Positions 54,932 to 64,000 of a stretch of DNA of 64,000 nt are shown piece after piece (the first letter of the stretch is position 1; each line of letters begins with the position of its first letter). The notes beneath the pieces were generated by a model. It ran no database searches. It saw nothing but the letters and a program-made list of their open reading frames with translations, and was not told the origin of the DNA. The stretch is taken from positions 24,325 to 88,324 of IMG/VR virus record IMGVR_UViG_3300044644_000945; one strand, written 5' to 3'. The position numbers were made by a program, and so were the translations under genes. Source of the stretch: a virus.

Positions 54932-56200
54932 ATGAAAATCATTAGCAAATTAGTTTACCAAGGATTAATAAGAAAAAAGTCTAATCAAGAAGAAGCAGAC
55001 AGACTAGGTTTATCTTTTCATGATTACATGTGGTTTAAGAAAAGAACATTAGATGTTATAAAAAATATAGCAGATGATCAAGTACTAGATGATAATTTTT
55101 TTAAAAATATTGATAGTAAAATATTAAAAGAAAAAAATGAAGAATCTAAAGTAATTGAAACACATCAGAACTTAGATACTGGTACAAGTAAGATAACAGG
55201 TATATCTAGTACAGAACCAAAAACACCTGATGAGATAATTAAAATACTAGGCATTGATACTAGGATATGGAAGTTGTCACAGTTTTGGAACAAAGAACAA
55301 AATAATAAATGGTTAGTATCAGCATTAATAACAAGACTTCCACAAGAACAAGTAGCTCAAAATTCTTTTATAGAAGAGTTGTCTAAATATGAACTACCAA
55401 CCTATGATAAAATAAACCCTGCACACTTAAATGAAACATCTTCAGAAAAAGTATGTGGGGTTATTTCTTTACAAGACTTACACTTTGGTAAACCTGGTAA
55501 TGAAAACATGGGTGTAGTTATGGATAAAGCCATATGCTACTTAATAGGTAAAGCATATTCAAATTATAATCTTGAAAAAATAGTATTTGTAATAGGTCCA
55601 GATACACTTAACATGGACACATTTGATGGTACTACTACAAAAGGAACTCCTGTAGAAAATTCAGAAACAGCTACTAAAGCATACATGAAAGCATTTGATG
55701 CTATATGTCTAGCAATAGGTAAGATAAAACACTTTTGTGATAATCTTGAAGTTGTATTTATTCCAGGCAATCATGATAGATTATCCTCTTTTCATTTGAT
55801 ACATGCAGTGTCACAAGTGTTTAAACTTACTCCAGAAATAGTATTTAACACAACATACAAAGAAAGAAAAGTTGTAATGTACTATGACAACATGATTGCT
55901 ATTGAGCATGGTGATGTATCTTCTAAAAATAATCCTTTAGTATTTGCTACTGAATTTCCAAAAGAGTGGGGATCTTCTAAACATAGATTCTTATATACAG
56001 GACATTATCATGGTAGAAAAACAAAAGAAGTAATTACTGAGAATGAAGAACAAGGATTTATTACTAGAATAATTCCTGCACTAACTTCATCAGATTATTA
56101 TCATTATCATAACAAATGGACAGGTAATCAACGCGCAGCTATCATACATATACATGAAGCAAACAAAGGTTTGATATCTGAATTTGTATTCACAATATAA
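54932..56200 (+). CDS. Calcineurin-like metallophosphoesterase
   Basis: DLHFG, GPD..N.D, PGNHD, EHGD, GHYH. Confidence 0.85.
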   Translation: MKIISKLVYQGLIRKKSNQEEADRLGLSFHDYMWFKKRTLDVIKNIADDQVLDDNFFKNIDSKILKEKNEESKVIETHQNLDTGTSKITGISSTEPKTPDEIIKILGIDTRIWKLSQFWNKEQNNKWLVSALITRLPQEQVAQNSFIEELSKYELPTYDKINPAHLNETSSEKVCGVISLQDLHFGKPGNENMGVVMDKAICYLIGKAYSNYNLEKIVFVIGPDTLNMDTFDGTTTKGTPVENSETATKAYMKAFDAICLAIGKIKHFCDNLEVVFIPGNHDRLSSFHLIHAVSQVFKLTPEIVFNTTYKERKVVMYYDNMIAIEHGDVSSKNNPLVFATEFPKEWGSSKHRFLYTGHYHGRKTKEVITENEEQGFITRIIPALTSSDYYHYHNKWTGNQRAAIIHIHEANKGLISEFVFTI

Positions 56201-56239
56201 GATACTTTCAAAAATCCTTTAATATCTACATAATTTTTA

Positions 56240-56255
56240 GTAAATTCTTAATGTA
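56240..56255 (+). promoter_or_regulatory. Repeated motif GTAAATTCTTAWTGTA (copy 2)
   Basis: Match to 47743-47758. Confidence 0.45.
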
Positions 56256-56261
56256 TACTGT

Positions 56262-56846
56262 ATGAATGAAATAAGAAAACCAGATTTAAATGCACCTAGG
56301 TTTAGAAAAACAAGTTGTAATATACTGAATGCTGAGTTCATAGAAAATTTAAAATTGAAATTTCCTCAGTATGAGCATCTTACATCAGATGAAATAAAAA
56401 ACATCATACACTGTTTTAATGATAATGTTTGGAAAACAGTAATTGAAGAAAGAGATGGTGTAGAATTACCATCACAAATTGGTCATATGTTTATTGGTAC
56501 ATGTCCTGCTGCTAAAAAGAGATACAACATGGACATGAAAACAAGTCTAGAATATATGCAAAAAATAAAGCATAGAAACTGGGAAAGTGATCAACATATA
56601 GCAAAGATATTTTTTACAACCTTTGCTAATAAGTATAGGTTTAAGAATCATGAACTGTGGGCATTTGATGCTACTAGAGATTTTAGCAGAACAGTAAGTG
56701 CAACATATCCAACTAACTGGAAAAAATATGTAGAAGTTGATCCTCGCATGAAAATCTCAAAAGTCTTTAATAGAGATAACTATTACAGAGAAAGAGAAGA
56801 ATCAGCAAAAGACCTTTTACAAGATTATAATGAATTTGACATATAA
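56262..56846 (+). CDS. IHF-like protein of the crAss tail module
   Basis: IIHCFND...GVELPSQIGHMFI; position before ring genes. Confidence 0.55.
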   Translation: MNEIRKPDLNAPRFRKTSCNILNAEFIENLKLKFPQYEHLTSDEIKNIIHCFNDNVWKTVIEERDGVELPSQIGHMFIGTCPAAKKRYNMDMKTSLEYMQKIKHRNWESDQHIAKIFFTTFANKYRFKNHELWAFDATRDFSRTVSATYPTNWKKYVEVDPRMKISKVFNRDNYYREREESAKDLLQDYNEFDI

Positions 56847-56851
56847 AGATT

Positions 56852-57523
56852 ATGATAGCAATAGGTGAAGTTTTATCAAGAGTACGTAATCAAGTTAAGG
56901 GATCCAAACAAGATGCATTCCTTACTGATAGATACTTGTATTCTTTAGTTATGAAGCATGCAAAAATGCTCATAAGAAGACAAGACATACAAAATAAAAT
57001 CATGAAGTTTAATGCTGTATTTCAAGTATTAAACTTTGTTGAATTGATAGAAGTAGATAGAGCTGAATCTCAATGTCATTGCATTACTACAGGTTGTACA
57101 TTCAAGCGTACAAAAGAAAGAGTGCCTCGCGCATTTGAAGGCATATTTGGACCACTATTTAGATCAGTGACCTCAATAGACCTTTCAGAAGAAGTAGTTC
57201 CTACATTCCCTTCTGTGTTCCAAAAAATGGTAAATCAAAAAACATTCAAGTATAATAAAAAGAAATACTATTGGTATCTTGATGGATATGTATATTTTCC
57301 TAACTTAGAATGGGATGCAGTAAGAATAGAAGGATTATTTGAAGGAGATATAAGTCGTTATAATTGTGATACTACAGATGACTGTGCTTACATACAAGAT
57401 ACTATGTTTACAATACCAGAATACTTATATTCAGAAATAGAACAGCTTGTTGTAAAAGACTTATATGGAATGATGAATGTACCACAAGACAATCAACAAG
57501 ATAATAAAAACATTGTAAAATAA
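56852..57523 (+). CDS. Putative tail ring protein
   Basis: YYWYLDGYVYFPN...IEGLFE...FTIPEYL; crAss-type gene order. Confidence 0.65.
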   Translation: MIAIGEVLSRVRNQVKGSKQDAFLTDRYLYSLVMKHAKMLIRRQDIQNKIMKFNAVFQVLNFVELIEVDRAESQCHCITTGCTFKRTKERVPRAFEGIFGPLFRSVTSIDLSEEVVPTFPSVFQKMVNQKTFKYNKKKYYWYLDGYVYFPNLEWDAVRIEGLFEGDISRYNCDTTDDCAYIQDTMFTIPEYLYSEIEQLVVKDLYGMMNVPQDNQQDNKNIVK

Positions 57524-57529
57524 TATATC

Positions 57530-58675
57530 ATGCCATTAACTGAACCTAAATATAGAACCTTTGATGATTTAATGGACAGTGTTAAAATTGATTTATACAC
57601 TTATGATCTTGAAGGTCTTTTAAATCCTCAACAAATGATCAAAGTTGCAATGCGTTGTAACTATGATTTAGGATTGCGCATTAACATGCAAAAGTCTAGA
57701 ATAATAGATATACGTAAAGGAAAGGGTAAAGTTCCAGAAGACATGGATGTGTTAAACTTTGCTTTAGTATGTGAAGATAGATTAGTATCTGAAATTCCTA
57801 GTTATAATAAAACATATACTGAAGGTATTCTTGAAGGAGTTATATTAGCTCAAAACTTTTTAGAGCCAAGGTTTGTTAATCAATCTACAATATACACAGA
57901 TGTTACATTAGGTATGAATGTGATTAATCATCAGTTACATACTATGAATGTAGTAATACAAGCTTTTGCAACTGATGGTAGTTTACTAGATTTTGATGTT
58001 ACTGTTTTAGATATGGACAATGTAAGACTATACTCTGAATCAGTTCAAACAATAATAGGTGTTAAGATTGTTGTAATGGGTGCTAAAATAAGTACTGTTG
58101 GTACTGGTTCAGGAACTTGTCCTGCATTACTTGACTGTGCTGCAGATGGTACACCTAGAGTTTATTACACAACAAATGGTAGAAGAAATGAAAGCAGAAA
58201 TCCTGTAAGACTTCATATATACAAAACTGAATCATTATCTCCTGAATGTAGAGAAGATTATGATGCAAGAATGGATGATAGTTTTATAACAGGATTAGGT
58301 AGAAAAAAAGGTAACTACTATGATGCATATTTAAAGAATGGATTCTTACATGTTAACTTTGATGAAGGAGTTGTATTTTTAAATTACCAATCAGTTATGG
58401 AAGATGATGATGGTAATTTACTTGTATTAGATAATCCATATACAAATGAGTATTATGAGTATGCATTAAAGCAACGTATATTTGAAAACTTATTTATGGC
58501 AGGTGAACCTGTACAAAATCATTTACAACTAATGAGTGGTCAATTAAGAGCTGCAAGAAACAATGCTTTGTCTTTTGTTAATACTCCTGATTTTGCTGAG
58601 ATGAAAAAACTACATGATATGAACAGAAAAGCTCAATATCATAATTATTATAATATGTTCAAAAATTATTTATAA
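57530..58675 (+). CDS. Putative tail ring/tubular protein with inserted beta-domain
   Basis: LHVNFDEGVVFLNYQ...DDDGN pattern; gene order. Confidence 0.65.
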   Translation: MPLTEPKYRTFDDLMDSVKIDLYTYDLEGLLNPQQMIKVAMRCNYDLGLRINMQKSRIIDIRKGKGKVPEDMDVLNFALVCEDRLVSEIPSYNKTYTEGILEGVILAQNFLEPRFVNQSTIYTDVTLGMNVINHQLHTMNVVIQAFATDGSLLDFDVTVLDMDNVRLYSESVQTIIGVKIVVMGAKISTVGTGSGTCPALLDCAADGTPRVYYTTNGRRNESRNPVRLHIYKTESLSPECREDYDARMDDSFITGLGRKKGNYYDAYLKNGFLHVNFDEGVVFLNYQSVMEDDDGNLLVLDNPYTNEYYEYALKQRIFENLFMAGEPVQNHLQLMSGQLRAARNNALSFVNTPDFAEMKKLHDMNRKAQYHNYYNMFKNYL

Positions 58676-61600
58676 TGGCTGAAGATACAACAAACCAAGA
58701 TAGCTTACCAACTAAAGGTTCAAGTACAGGAAAAACAAATAGTTTTATAAAAGGCATGGTCAAAGATTTTTCAGAAATCTTTGTGCCTGAAGGAGTATGG
58801 ACTAATGCTATCAATGCTATTAATACATCACATAAAGGTGATGAAGGTAATCTTGGTAATGAACAGTCTAATAAATATTGTACATCTGCAACTTATACTA
58901 TTATAGGTTTATTACACAAGTATAGAACTGAATGGGTTGTATTTACTACTGATGATACAAATTCTGAAATAGGAATATTTGATGAAGCAGATTGTTCATA
59001 TACAGTAATAGTAAATGACAGATGTTTAAATTTTAAAAAGAAATATATAATTACAGGAGCTGTAAAGTATAATGCAGATTGTACTTATTCTGTGTACTGG
59101 CAAGATAATAATAATCCAGATAGAACATTAAATCTTGATCCTTCACGTATACCTTACATATGTACACCTATTCCAAATAGTTGTGGTGAAGAAAATTGTA
59201 CTAATGAATTAGACTGTGAACAACTTAGATTACATCCATATGTACAACAACCTTGCATTACTGTAGAAACAGCTGTAGGTTCAGGTCAATTACAAAATGG
59301 TAGTTATCAAGCAGTTATAGCATATTCTAATAATGGAATCAGACTTACAGATTATACCACTCCTTCAACTCCACAAGCATTATGGGACCATTCATCTTTT
59401 GGAGGATCAATAGATATTAATATTTCTAACTTAGATCCAAACTTTGAAGAGTATGAATTAGTTATTGTATCAGTTATTGCAAATCAAACTGTTGCAAAAA
59501 AAGTTGGCAATTATGATATTTCTCAAACTAAAGTACATTTAGATCAATACTTAGCAAGTTTAGAAACAATACCATTATCACTAATTCCTTTAAGATCACA
59601 GATATATGAGAAAAGTAAAAAGATGTTTTCTCTTAACAACTATCTTATAAGAACTAGTGTAACTACACAACCTTATTTTAATTATCAACCTTTTGCTAAT
59701 AAAATAAGAACAGAATGGGTTGCTGTACAATATCCTGCTGATTATTACTGGAAAGGTGGTAACAAAACAGGATACATGCGTGATGAAGTATATGCATTCT
59801 TTATTAGATGGGTATACAAAACAGGTGCAAAATCTGCATCTTATCATATTCCTGGTAGAGCTTCTCTTCCATCTGATGTTGTTATATTATCATCAGGTAA
59901 TTCAGATGTATTGCCAGGTAAAGATAAAGTATGGCAAACATATGATACATCTACAATTGCAGGTTTATCTGGTACATTGTCTGATGGTGGAGTTATAATT
60001 AATAAAGGTGACATGGCTTATTGGGAGTCAGGAGATGGAAGTGGAAATTCATGTTATAGTGTTAGCAATCCTAATACTGGTAATTGTTATCCTGATAATC
60101 ATCCTGAAATATGGGGCGATCTTTGTGGTAAACCAATAAGACATCACAAGATGCCATCTAATGAAACTATACATATTCATGATACAACAGGTAATTTTAT
60201 AAATATACTTGGTGTTCAGTTTAATAATATAGTACATCCTATAGATAATCAAGGTAATCCTATTAAAGATATTGCAGGATATGAAATATTAAGAGGTTCA
60301 AGAGAAGGTAACAGAACAGTTGTTGCTAAAGGTTTATTTAATAACATGCTTCAATATGATATACCAGGATCTACTGCTGGTGGTAGAAAAGGACTTGTTC
60401 AAAATTATCCTTATAATGATTTACGCCCTGATCCTTTTTTAAGTTCTAACATAACACCAGTAAGAGATTATTTTTCTTTTAACTCACCTGAAACAGCATT
60501 TGTTAAACCATATTTAGGTAGAGGTGTGTATGCTAGGATATATAAAGAACAATATGGTGTTGCTGCAGGTGCATATGAATTACCATATAGACATCCTAAG
60601 TTTAAAGTTTTAAGTGATACAGCATTTGGTTTTGCTTCTGTAGTAGGTTTAGGAATAGCTCTTTTATCAATAGTAGGTAAATCAAGTACTACTACAAGTA
60701 ATACTGGACATACTACTTTACCTGGGGCTCCTACACCTTTTTCAGCTGGAGAAAATATTAATAATGTGCTTCCATGGAAAATTCTTCCTACTAGTATTTA
60801 TCTAGGTTCTGCTGGAAGTAATGCAGGTGAAGTTAATCAAGTAACAAGAAATCCTCAATTTAATTTTGATACTAGTACAACAATAACTTCTGATGGTGGT
60901 CCAGGATCACTAGCTAGCAGTATTGCAAATTTTTCATTACAATTAGGTGCAAATGCAGGTACTTCAGGAAATACACTTCAAGTAGCTTCTACAATAGCAC
61001 AAATAGTGGCTATAGCTACTGCAATAGGAACAGGTACATTTTATTTTTATCAGGCAACACAACAAATGATTGAGATTATTAGAAAAATGGTTCCTTTTAG
61101 AAATTATGTGTTGCAATATAATAGTCATGGATTTTATAATAGTCATGGTAATGTTACAAATACAAATGTACCAAGTGGAGTACGACCTTCATTTAATAGA
61201 ACACTAACATCAGGTGGTGTTAAATATATAGGAACAGGTATACAAGATTTTAATACAAGTTATAGAATAAATAATCTTTTTAGAGGTAAATATGTTTGTA
61301 TTAATTTAACTAATAATACTAGTTTACCAGATATAACAGGTACTAATGCAGATATTTCAAAAATACATGTTACTCCAAGTAATCCTTTTAATATTAAGAA
61401 TACAAAGATAGCATCATATTATGGAGCTTTAAAACTTGATTATGAAAATCAATATGGTCAATTAAGTTCTATTGTACAAATACCAACTGATTCATGCATA
61501 TATCCTACTGCACCAGAATTAAATACAACACATTTTACTGCACCTATATTTGGTGGTGATGTTTATATAAATAGATATACAGATAAAAATCCATATTTCT

Positions 61601-63228
61601 TTTTTAATACATGGTTAATAAATGAACCTGATGGTATAGAATATAATTATGGAAATTATTTTAATGGACCTGAACCACAATATTATGCAAATTTTGAAGA
61701 CTATGATATATATAAAGACTTCACTATTGATATAGGTTTTGTATATTTTAATTTAGGCACTCCTAGTGATAAATATACTTTATATCCTTCTGGTCCTAAT
61801 GGCATACTTGCTTTTTCAGTTAGTGGAAAATGGATGTATTTGTTTAACAATGGAGTAAAAGATTTCTTTGTTGAATCAGAATTAAACATGGCATTTAGAG
61901 ACTATGGTGAAAATGATTGGGAAAAGTTCTATGATGTATATGGAAATACTTTTAATGATGTTTCTACAATGTTTAGATCAGACTTAATAACTAGACCAGT
62001 ATTTTATAAATATGACTTATCACTTAGCACAGCAAAACTGTACAACAATTTCATATCTTGGGGATTACTGTTACCAGCAGACTATGACCCAGTGTTATAT
62101 GAAACATGTTATGAATACTTTCCATACAGAGGTATCTATTCATTACAACAACAAGATGGACTTAAAAGAGACAACTGGAGAAACTTCTTACCACTTAACT
62201 ACTATACCTTTGAAGGAATAGTAACAAATATAAAAGCAGTTAACTCTAGTGGTGCTTTAGTTCTTTATGAAGATTTTAGTCCTTCACAATTTGTAGGTGT
62301 TGATACACTTAAAACAGATACAGGTGGTACTAAAATTACTATTGGTGATGGTGGATTATTTGCTAATAATATACAATCTCTTGTTAATGCAGAAGATGTT
62401 ATTGAGTATGGAGCTAGTATTTCAAATAGAGCTACACTTAATACACCTTATGGTTTATTCTTTGTATCACAAAAAGCTGGTAAAGTAATACAGTATGGTT
62501 CTGAAGGTATGAATGAAATATCTAAAGCAGGAATGAAAAACTGGTTTCTTCAAAACTTACCTTCTCCTTTATTAGAAGCATTTCCTGATTTTACAGAATA
62601 TGACAATCCTGTAGCAGGTATTGCTGTACAAGCTGTATATGATGCACAGTATGAATTATTATACATAACTAAAAAAGATTATAAGCCACTTGATTGTGTA
62701 GGATATGATCCTACCTTTGGTTTTTATGACACATGTGCTTGTGGAAATTGTCCTCCTAATTATACTTTAAATGGTACAATTTGTGAAAGAAATTTTGACA
62801 CTTCATTGTGTGATGATCCAACTTATACTTATAATCCAATAACAGGTGATTGTGAAAAAATAACTACTGAAAATGCTATATGTGATCCTCCTGTTCCACT
62901 TAATGTATTTACTTTTTGGTATGAAGCTTTAATAGGATGTGTTAATTATTTAACTAATTTTACACAAGGTACTTTACAATATGCAAAATGTTCATGGTTA
63001 AATAGATTTGACAATAGTGGTTGCAATAATGAGGTTGTTTCTCAAGGTGTTGCTCGTTATATATATGGAACCATAGCTGTTGGCTCTTTAATATATGATG
63101 GTATCAATCCAACTCCAGTTACTACAATGAATGGTAACTATGTGTCTAATAGTAATCAAACTGTGATAACTATTGCAGCAGGAGTTGTAACTGCAATAAC
63201 AAATTTTAGTGATATACCAAATTGTTAA
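58675..63228 (+). CDS. Tail muzzle/stabilization protein, probably N-terminal part
   Basis: F.KGM.KD...W..A.NA..S..GD.G.LGNE, GYMRDEVYAF, IRHHKMP, GGDVYINRY, FFVESE, YITKKDY; ends in Cys-rich repeats. Confidence 0.75.
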   Translation: MAEDTTNQDSLPTKGSSTGKTNSFIKGMVKDFSEIFVPEGVWTNAINAINTSHKGDEGNLGNEQSNKYCTSATYTIIGLLHKYRTEWVVFTTDDTNSEIGIFDEADCSYTVIVNDRCLNFKKKYIITGAVKYNADCTYSVYWQDNNNPDRTLNLDPSRIPYICTPIPNSCGEENCTNELDCEQLRLHPYVQQPCITVETAVGSGQLQNGSYQAVIAYSNNGIRLTDYTTPSTPQALWDHSSFGGSIDINISNLDPNFEEYELVIVSVIANQTVAKKVGNYDISQTKVHLDQYLASLETIPLSLIPLRSQIYEKSKKMFSLNNYLIRTSVTTQPYFNYQPFANKIRTEWVAVQYPADYYWKGGNKTGYMRDEVYAFFIRWVYKTGAKSASYHIPGRASLPSDVVILSSGNSDVLPGKDKVWQTYDTSTIAGLSGTLSDGGVIINKGDMAYWESGDGSGNSCYSVSNPNTGNCYPDNHPEIWGDLCGKPIRHHKMPSNETIHIHDTTGNFINILGVQFNNIVHPIDNQGNPIKDIAGYEILRGSREGNRTVVAKGLFNNMLQYDIPGSTAGGRKGLVQNYPYNDLRPDPFLSSNITPVRDYFSFNSPETAFVKPYLGRGVYARIYKEQYGVAAGAYELPYRHPKFKVLSDTAFGFASVVGLGIALLSIVGKSSTTTSNTGHTTLPGAPTPFSAGENINNVLPWKILPTSIYLGSAGSNAGEVNQVTRNPQFNFDTSTTITSDGGPGSLASSIANFSLQLGANAGTSGNTLQVASTIAQIVAIATAIGTGTFYFYQATQQMIEIIRKMVPFRNYVLQYNSHGFYNSHGNVTNTNVPSGVRPSFNRTLTSGGVKYIGTGIQDFNTSYRINNLFRGKYVCINLTNNTSLPDITGTNADISKIHVTPSNPFNIKNTKIASYYGALKLDYENQYGQLSSIVQIPTDSCIYPTAPELNTTHFTAPIFGGDVYINRYTDKNPYFFFNTWLINEPDGIEYNYGNYFNGPEPQYYANFEDYDIYKDFTIDIGFVYFNLGTPSDKYTLYPSGPNGILAFSVSGKWMYLFNNGVKDFFVESELNMAFRDYGENDWEKFYDVYGNTFNDVSTMFRSDLITRPVFYKYDLSLSTAKLYNNFISWGLLLPADYDPVLYETCYEYFPYRGIYSLQQQDGLKRDNWRNFLPLNYYTFEGIVTNIKAVNSSGALVLYEDFSPSQFVGVDTLKTDTGGTKITIGDGGLFANNIQSLVNAEDVIEYGASISNRATLNTPYGLFFVSQKAGKVIQYGSEGMNEISKAGMKNWFLQNLPSPLLEAFPDFTEYDNPVAGIAVQAVYDAQYELLYITKKDYKPLDCVGYDPTFGFYDTCACGNCPPNYTLNGTICERNFDTSLCDDPTYTYNPITGDCEKITTENAICDPPVPLNVFTFWYEALIGCVNYLTNFTQGTLQYAKCSWLNRFDNSGCNNEVVSQGVARYIYGTIAVGSLIYDGINPTPVTTMNGNYVSNSNQTVITIAAGVVTAITNFSDIPNC

Positions 63229-63246
63229 TTATAAAAAAATAAACTT

Positions 63247-64000
63247 ATGGCTTGCACATGCACTAGCACACCAACAAAAATATGTACACCAATTACAGCT
63301 GGTAGTCAAACAATTTGTAATTGTATAGAATCAAAACCACCAATACCATGTGCAGGAGAAATTATTGATCTTGGAAATAATACATGGATATGTAGAGATA
63401 CTCAAACTGTTGCAACTTCAGAGTGTAGTGAAGTATCTTGTGATGAAGCAAATGGTTTTGTATACAATCCTGTAACAAATAAATGTGAAAAAACTGTAAC
63501 AAGTCCTCCATGTGCAGGTGGTTATGTATTTAATCCTATAACAGAAGAATGTGAACCTCCTGGAGTAGATCCTACACCAATGTGTCCTCCAGGATCTACA
63601 TATAATTTTAGTACAAATACATGTACTACTTCTTCATTAAGTCCTGCTATTGTAAATACTACAACAGCATGTAAAGCTGATATAGTAATACTTGTTAGTC
63701 CATGTTCTGACCCTAATATAACACTTCGTAGAAAAGCTTTTTATGAACAACTTATAACTAATTTAACTCCAGGTTTAAATTCAGGAGATATTAGATTACA
63801 AGTTATGGTTTCATCAGTAGCTGCTCCTCCTTCAGTTGTTCGATTACTTGCAGGAACAGGTACTTTTTCTGGTCAACCTGGTGGAGCTGCAGCATTTTTT
63901 CAAAGTTTAAGTTCAACTTTTAGTTCAGCTACATCTTCTTGTAATGTAGGAAACAGTACTGCTAGAGGAATGATAGCTGCAATGGCTCCACTTTATGTAA
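63247..64000 (+). CDS. Cys-repeat protein with probable vWA-like domain, truncated by window edge
   Basis: Hand-translated from ATG 63247: repeated C..GY.YNP.T..CEK units, then CKADIVILV. Confidence 0.65.
   Translation, partial: MACTCTSTPTKICTPITAGSQTICNCIESKPPIPCAGEIIDLGNNTWICRDTQTVATSECSEVSCDEANGFVYNPVTNKCEKTVTSPPCAGGYVFNPITEECEPPGVDPTPMCPPGSTYNFSTNTCTTSSLSPAIVNTTTACKADIVILVSPCSDPNITLRRKAFYEQLITNLTPGLNSGDIRLQVMVSSVAAPPSVVRLLAGTGTFSGQPGGAAAFFQSLSSTFSSATSSCNVGNSTARGMIAAMAPLYV

Noticed and set aside
1-64000. Stop-codon reassignment (TAG/TGA), known in some crAss-like phages
   Set aside because: Terminase, portal, capsid and tail genes read as full-length ORFs in the standard code, TAG and TGA serve as real stops, and no suppressor tRNA is seen.
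51847-64000. Diversity-generating retroelement targeting fibre genes
   Set aside because: No RT gene and no TR/VR pair differing at adenines was seen; the 51.0/51.15 kb duplication is short and differs mainly at synonymous positions.

Overview
This 64-kb window is AT-rich and densely coding, and comes from a crAss-like (Crassvirales-type) dsDNA phage. The host is probably Bacteroidota, inferred from TTTG-N19-21-TAnnTTTG promoters, A-rich leaders without Shine-Dalgarno sites, and a tmRNA tag that resumes at Gly. The standard genetic code reads the genes without breaks. The window has two divergent arms that meet at about 29.27 kb. The left arm (minus strand) holds replication and recombination genes at 1-9 kb (PD-(D/E)XK exonuclease, GIY-YIG nuclease, primase, SSB-like protein, AAA_24 ATPase, DnaB, UNG, NinB-like protein, SF2 helicase, HNH). 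It continues with a glycosyltransferase/methyltransferase pair, many small hypothetical genes, a MoxR-vWA pair, a ParB-like gene, and a putative early region (23.4-28.3 kb) of repeated promoter-gene-terminator cassettes and structured non-coding DNA. The right arm (plus strand) holds GroES-like, PhoH, tRNA-Met(CAT), tmRNA, HU-like and nuclease genes, then terminase, portal, scaffold-like protein, major capsid, ring/adaptor proteins, Cys-rich fibre-like proteins (FN3, DUF11, TSP1, Delta-60 repeats), a metallophosphoesterase and an apparently split tail muzzle gene. The most notable observations are: a textbook -1 frameshift signal at 29038-29044; a CACCACCA...TATAACTTTAAA cassette array; a compact tmRNA with a 35-aa tag; a tRNA-like RNA with about 110 nt between its D and T arms; several other candidate structured RNAs; and a mini-ORF that duplicates the C-terminal peptide of its neighbour. 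All product calls come from reading motifs by eye. No searches or folding programs were run.
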